Both the position numbers and the translations under genes were made by a program. A DNA stretch of 64,000 nucleotides from Phaeosaccion multiseriatum (taxonomy: Eukaryota > Protista > Ochrophyta, other classes), in contig OZ218951.1 of the NCBI GenBank assembly GCA_965112735.1, forward strand, positions 372,001 to 436,000, in the 5' to 3' direction. The notes under the pieces are model-generated. The model saw only the letters and a list, made by a program, of their open reading frames with translations, was not told the origin of the DNA and ran no database searches. Of this stretch, positions 60,606 through 64,000 are shown in pieces (the stretch's first letter is position 1; every line of letters begins with the position of its first letter).

Positions 60606-62267
60606 ATGTCGCCATCAGCCGCGAAGGCTAGTAAAAGCAGTGCAGAGGAGCAAACCTCCAGGCTGAGCAAGTCCTCGAAGCCTTTGAAAGCCTCGAAGGC
60701 CTCGAAGTCCTCGAAGTCCTCGAAGTCCTCGAAGTCCTCGAAGTCCTCGAAGTCCTCGAAAGCCTCGAAAGCCTCGAAGTCCTCGAAAGTCTCGAAAGCC
60801 TCGAAATCCTCGAACGCCTCGAAGATTAAGAAGGTGGGGGGCGGCAAGGCCACGACTGCCACGAAGAGCGCAAAGATGGTTCCTGGACCCAAGGGTGGCC
60901 TTGCATCTTCGCGAAAGCAGGGGGGTGCCGCGGAAAAACCGAGGCTTGTGATGAAGGGTCCCCTTCACACGGCGGTTGAGTATGATGGCCGGCCTGTTCA
61001 AAAGGAGTCGAACTGTCTTCACGTTATCACGACAAACAAGCCGTCATCGTTGAGTGATTGCATCTTTAATGCAATTGTGTTCATGGGACATAAGAAGTTC
61101 GATTATATCTCGAAGCGAAAGGTCAAGTCGAAGATTCCCCAAAAGCCATTCGACATGTGCTACTCTGCGCAGGCAGATGGCGTTCGAGTGCTGTGCGATA
61201 AAGTCAGCAGGCCCTTGTCTGCGGATGACTTCTCTCCCCAAATGTTCATGGATGAAGACAAAATGGTACCTTTCCGTATAGAGGAGATAGAAGCTCAACT
61301 CTTCAGAGACAGGAAGGTGTATGTGTGGTTTGAAAAGGACTTCTCCATTTGCATCAAAACGTTAGGAGCAAATGTGCTTGATACGGAGGACGGTAAAATG
61401 GAAGACCCCAGCAGGACAGTATACATTGGTCGCAAACCCTCTGGCGAATCCAGGACCTTCTTCTTCGTCCCGTACGGGGTCTGTCCCATCAAAGAGAACC
61501 AGATTGTTCCCCATGCCTCCGGAAGACCGACAGTTACTGAGAAGGTAGAGTTGGTTGAGGCCGAGCTGGCGAAGGTTGAGGCCGAGCTAGCGCAGCTAGA
61601 AGCGAGTCAGCCTTTGGGCGAAACATACGAACAGACCTCTCGCAGAGAAAGAGTATCGCAATTAAAGATGCATAAAGAAGAGCTAGAAGCCACTCAGAAC
61701 CCTAACAACACCTTTGTTCCATGGGCCTCAGCTTCTAGTGCCACTGGCTCCGAACAGCCTTCCACTGCTACTGACGAGCTTGACGCTTCGATTATCAACA
61801 AAACGCGGGAAGACTGGATTATCAGAGTAGCAGACAGCATGATGACGGAAGAAGAAGAAAGGCGAATGATCGACGCGGACTTCGACGAAACGAACAGATG
61901 GGCGGCAGCACGACTTCGAGCCTTGGCCGCAGTTGAAAGCGTAGAGAGAAAACAAGCGGCAGAAAGTGAGATGACCCTATTGAGAAAAGAGCAGGAGGCA
62001 GAGATGGACAGACTGCAGGCCCAAGATGGCACCACCCAAGACGATATCGATAACTTGACTCGCGTCCAAAGGAGTGTCTGGGACAAGTTCAATGCTGGGG
62101 TGAAGCGTTTCTTCCAAGGGTATGAATTACTGGAAAGTTCCCCCGAGGCTTTGAGCCTCGATGACCTACTGAATCGAACACAGGATTCTGTACCGCTTCC
62201 AGGAGACCCCGCCAGTCCAGGAGCCGACAGCATATTTGGTAGCGCACTGGATGACGAAAACGAGTAG
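60606..62267 (+). CDS. Hypothetical 553-aa protein with basic (SKS/SKA)n N-terminal tail and coiled coils
   Basis: ATG-started ORF; 9-bp repeat at about 60670-60825. Confidence 0.7.
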   Translation: MSPSAAKASKSSAEEQTSRLSKSSKPLKASKASKSSKSSKSSKSSKSSKSSKASKASKSSKVSKASKSSNASKIKKVGGGKATTATKSAKMVPGPKGGLASSRKQGGAAEKPRLVMKGPLHTAVEYDGRPVQKESNCLHVITTNKPSSLSDCIFNAIVFMGHKKFDYISKRKVKSKIPQKPFDMCYSAQADGVRVLCDKVSRPLSADDFSPQMFMDEDKMVPFRIEEIEAQLFRDRKVYVWFEKDFSICIKTLGANVLDTEDGKMEDPSRTVYIGRKPSGESRTFFFVPYGVCPIKENQIVPHASGRPTVTEKVELVEAELAKVEAELAQLEASQPLGETYEQTSRRERVSQLKMHKEELEATQNPNNTFVPWASASSATGSEQPSTATDELDASIINKTREDWIIRVADSMMTEEEERRMIDADFDETNRWAAARLRALAAVESVERKQAAESEMTLLRKEQEAEMDRLQAQDGTTQDDIDNLTRVQRSVWDKFNAGVKRFFQGYELLESSPEALSLDDLLNRTQDSVPLPGDPASPGADSIFGSALDDENE

Positions 62268-62292
62268 ATTCGGCGCGTGACCTCCTTCCCTC

Positions 62293-63189
62293 TCAGCTCG
62301 AGGACCTCCTATTTTTCTTAACTCTCACATCAATCTTTCTCTTTGGTTTGAAGTAGTTCTCCTGTTTTGCTCGCGTCGTTTCGGGTGTAGTCCGTGCGCC
62401 CCTGTTCCAGAAGTGGGGTTGGTTCATTCGAAAGTTCTTTGGAGGAGGAGCCTTGTACCAAAAGACCTGGTCTTGGAAGTTATTGGAGCGAGAAGTATTG
62501 TCCACGACCAGGCAATGGTAGTCCTCAGTACACTGATCCAGTACAGCACAGAAAACTTCAAACGTCGGAAACATGCCCGCATAGTTGTCGAAAATGCGCC
62601 TACGGTTGGAAAGGTTGGTTTCCCGCAGGATAAAGGTGAAGTCCACGTTCGTTCGGAGATTGGGTGGGATTCCCAATGGGTATTGCATTGTGATAATGAA
62701 GAGCATTTTCATGTGCCGGCCATTCATAAAGATTGTACGGACGCTCCTCTCTTTGGTCCACGAAGCGTCGTCCAGACAATCATCGAGAACTACGACCGTT
62801 CGCGGATCAATCTTTGACATGATGGGTGCATTTTTTTGCATCTGGGCTCCTTTGGGTTTGCCTTCGACCTCCTGGGCCTCTTTCTTCTGTTGCACCATCA
62901 GTTTGGTAATCCTCTTCTGTCGTTTCAGCACGTCCCCCATGAGCTCTTTGCTGTATTCGTAGTGGATAAAGATGCTGGGTACAAAATCGCCGAAAAACTC
63001 GTTCACCTCTTCCGTTCCTGATATGATGGTGCTGACAGGAATGGTCTGATGGTGGGAAAGCAGGTCCTTTACCAGATAGGACTTGCCTGTCCGGCGCTTA
63101 CCAATGAACACCACGACATTGTCATCCTTGATGTTTTCCATCGAGAACTCATTGATGTTCAAAGGCACGGGTCTAGTACTACTACCCAT
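62293..63189 (-). CDS. A32-like (FtsK/HerA superfamily) viral DNA packaging ATPase
   Basis: Walker A VFIGKRRTGKS, Walker B VVLDDC, FMNGRH, MQYPLGIPPNLRTNVDF, DQVFWYKA. Confidence 0.95.
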   Translation of the reverse strand: MGSSTRPVPLNINEFSMENIKDDNVVVFIGKRRTGKSYLVKDLLSHHQTIPVSTIISGTEEVNEFFGDFVPSIFIHYEYSKELMGDVLKRQKRITKLMVQQKKEAQEVEGKPKGAQMQKNAPIMSKIDPRTVVVLDDCLDDASWTKERSVRTIFMNGRHMKMLFIITMQYPLGIPPNLRTNVDFTFILRETNLSNRRRIFDNYAGMFPTFEVFCAVLDQCTEDYHCLVVDNTSRSNNFQDQVFWYKAPPPKNFRMNQPHFWNRGARTTPETTRAKQENYFKPKRKIDVRVKKNRRSSS

Positions 63190-63339
63190 GATATACCTCT
63201 CGAATTAACTACTACTTTTAGCCAACATTATAAAAAAAAAGCGTTCGGGTCGCGCATTGCGAGATGAATGAAGTTGCGTGACCTCGGTGAAGGTGTCGTG
63301 ATTGTCGGCTGAATGAACCAGAAGGTTGGGTACAGGCAA

Positions 63340-63642
63340 CTAAGCTTTCTGTGTGATTGCGACGTGTTTCTTCAGAGCTGTGTACCCTCCCAGAAAAGAT
63401 TCTCGGTGGAAAATCATCGGGAACTGAGTAGCGCCTGTCTTGGTGAGAAGATCGTCATACGCCTCGTCAAAGCCTGGATCGTCGACGTAGTTCGATACGT
63501 TCACGACGTGTACGTCAAGAATCCCTTCCCTGTCCAGAAACCTCTTGGCCTTGTCACAAAAGCTGCACCCATCGCGAGAAACGATGGTGTAGGTATGTGT
63601 GCCCAGATGCGCGAGCCACGTTGGAAAAGGCGAATTAATCAT
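63340..63642 (-). CDS. Glutaredoxin-like protein
   Basis: GCSFCDKAK, TQFPMIF, FLGGY. Confidence 0.85.
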   Translation of the reverse strand: MINSPFPTWLAHLGTHTYTIVSRDGCSFCDKAKRFLDREGILDVHVVNVSNYVDDPGFDEAYDDLLTKTGATQFPMIFHRESFLGGYTALKKHVAITQKA

Positions 63643-63718
63643 GCTGTTCGCATTGACCTGTACGCCTATAATTCATCTTCCATTTTAAACGCCTTGGTTC
63701 GCATCGATTGGTCTTTTT

Positions 63719-63789
63719 CCTTGAGCTCGCTCGTCTTCCTTGAGCTCGCTCGTCCTCCTTGAGCTCGCTCGTCTTCCTTGAGCTCGCGG
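63719..63789. repeat. 19-bp direct repeat CTTGAGCTCGCTCGTC(T/C)TC x3-4 between divergent redox genes
   Basis: Directly visible. Confidence 0.85.
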
Positions 63790-63858
63790 CTGATCTAACT
63801 TGGTGCGCTTTTTTTTCTCGCCTATACTCAAAGCGAAGGAGCAGAGGATACATACAGG

Positions 63859-64000
63859 ATGGTAAGAGGGGCTCTATCGCTGAGCCTTTTGATGATAGGA
63901 GTGTTGCTGGCCTTGTGGCTCTTGCGCAGCAAGATGAGGTCCAAGGAGAAGTTTCAGGACCATCAGATGAAGGTCGAGTTGTTCAAAGCAGAATGGTGCA
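63859..64000 (+). CDS. Thioredoxin-like protein with N-terminal anchor (runs off window)
   Basis: MVRGALSLSLLMIGVLLALWLL...VELFKAEWC; cut at first Cys of a probable WCxxC. Confidence 0.6.
   Translation, partial: MVRGALSLSLLMIGVLLALWLLRSKMRSKEKFQDHQMKVELFKAEWC

Larger units (their letters stand above)
10324..64000. mobile_element. Putative endogenous giant virus (Nucleocytoviricota) region, continuing past the window end
   Basis: Dense, mostly intronless ORFs including A32 ATPase, viral TBP, D6/D11-like helicase, RNR2, XRN1, fibre protein and tyrosine recombinase, contiguous with spliced host genes. Left boundary uncertain (about 9.2-14.6 kb). Confidence 0.85.

Overview
Eukaryotic host DNA, most likely a photosynthetic stramenopile, joined to a large and apparently intact giant-virus (Nucleocytoviricota) gene region. 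Bases 1-9.2 kb hold intron-rich host genes: the 3' half of glucose-6-phosphate isomerase and a FAAL-ACP-KS type I polyketide synthase that stops mid-KS. A ~960-bp pure (CCCT)n tract (9364-10323) marks the switch. The remaining ~54 kb is compact and mostly intronless, with NCLDV genes: A32 packaging ATPase, viral TBP, D6/D11-type SF2 helicase, RNR small subunit, XRN1, LamG protein, a 1965-aa fibre protein, glutaredoxin, thioredoxin and a tyrosine recombinase. The viral region also carries (i) a ~50-copy, palindrome-rich 177-bp satellite, a diverged 176-bp sister array and solitary units; (ii) a coiled-coil gene family found next to those repeats, one likely member carrying an in-frame exportin-1 (CRM1) fragment; (iii) host-type cargo: two intronless CRM1 C-terminal fragments, a spliced PMP-repeat/multi-TM gene and a lipase with a heterokont plastid-targeting-like presequence. 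The best candidate for an undescribed system is satellite + coiled-coil family + tyrosine recombinase in an endogenous giant virus. All family assignments come from motif recognition by eye, and no searches were run. The host-virus junction could be an assembly mis-join at the microsatellite.
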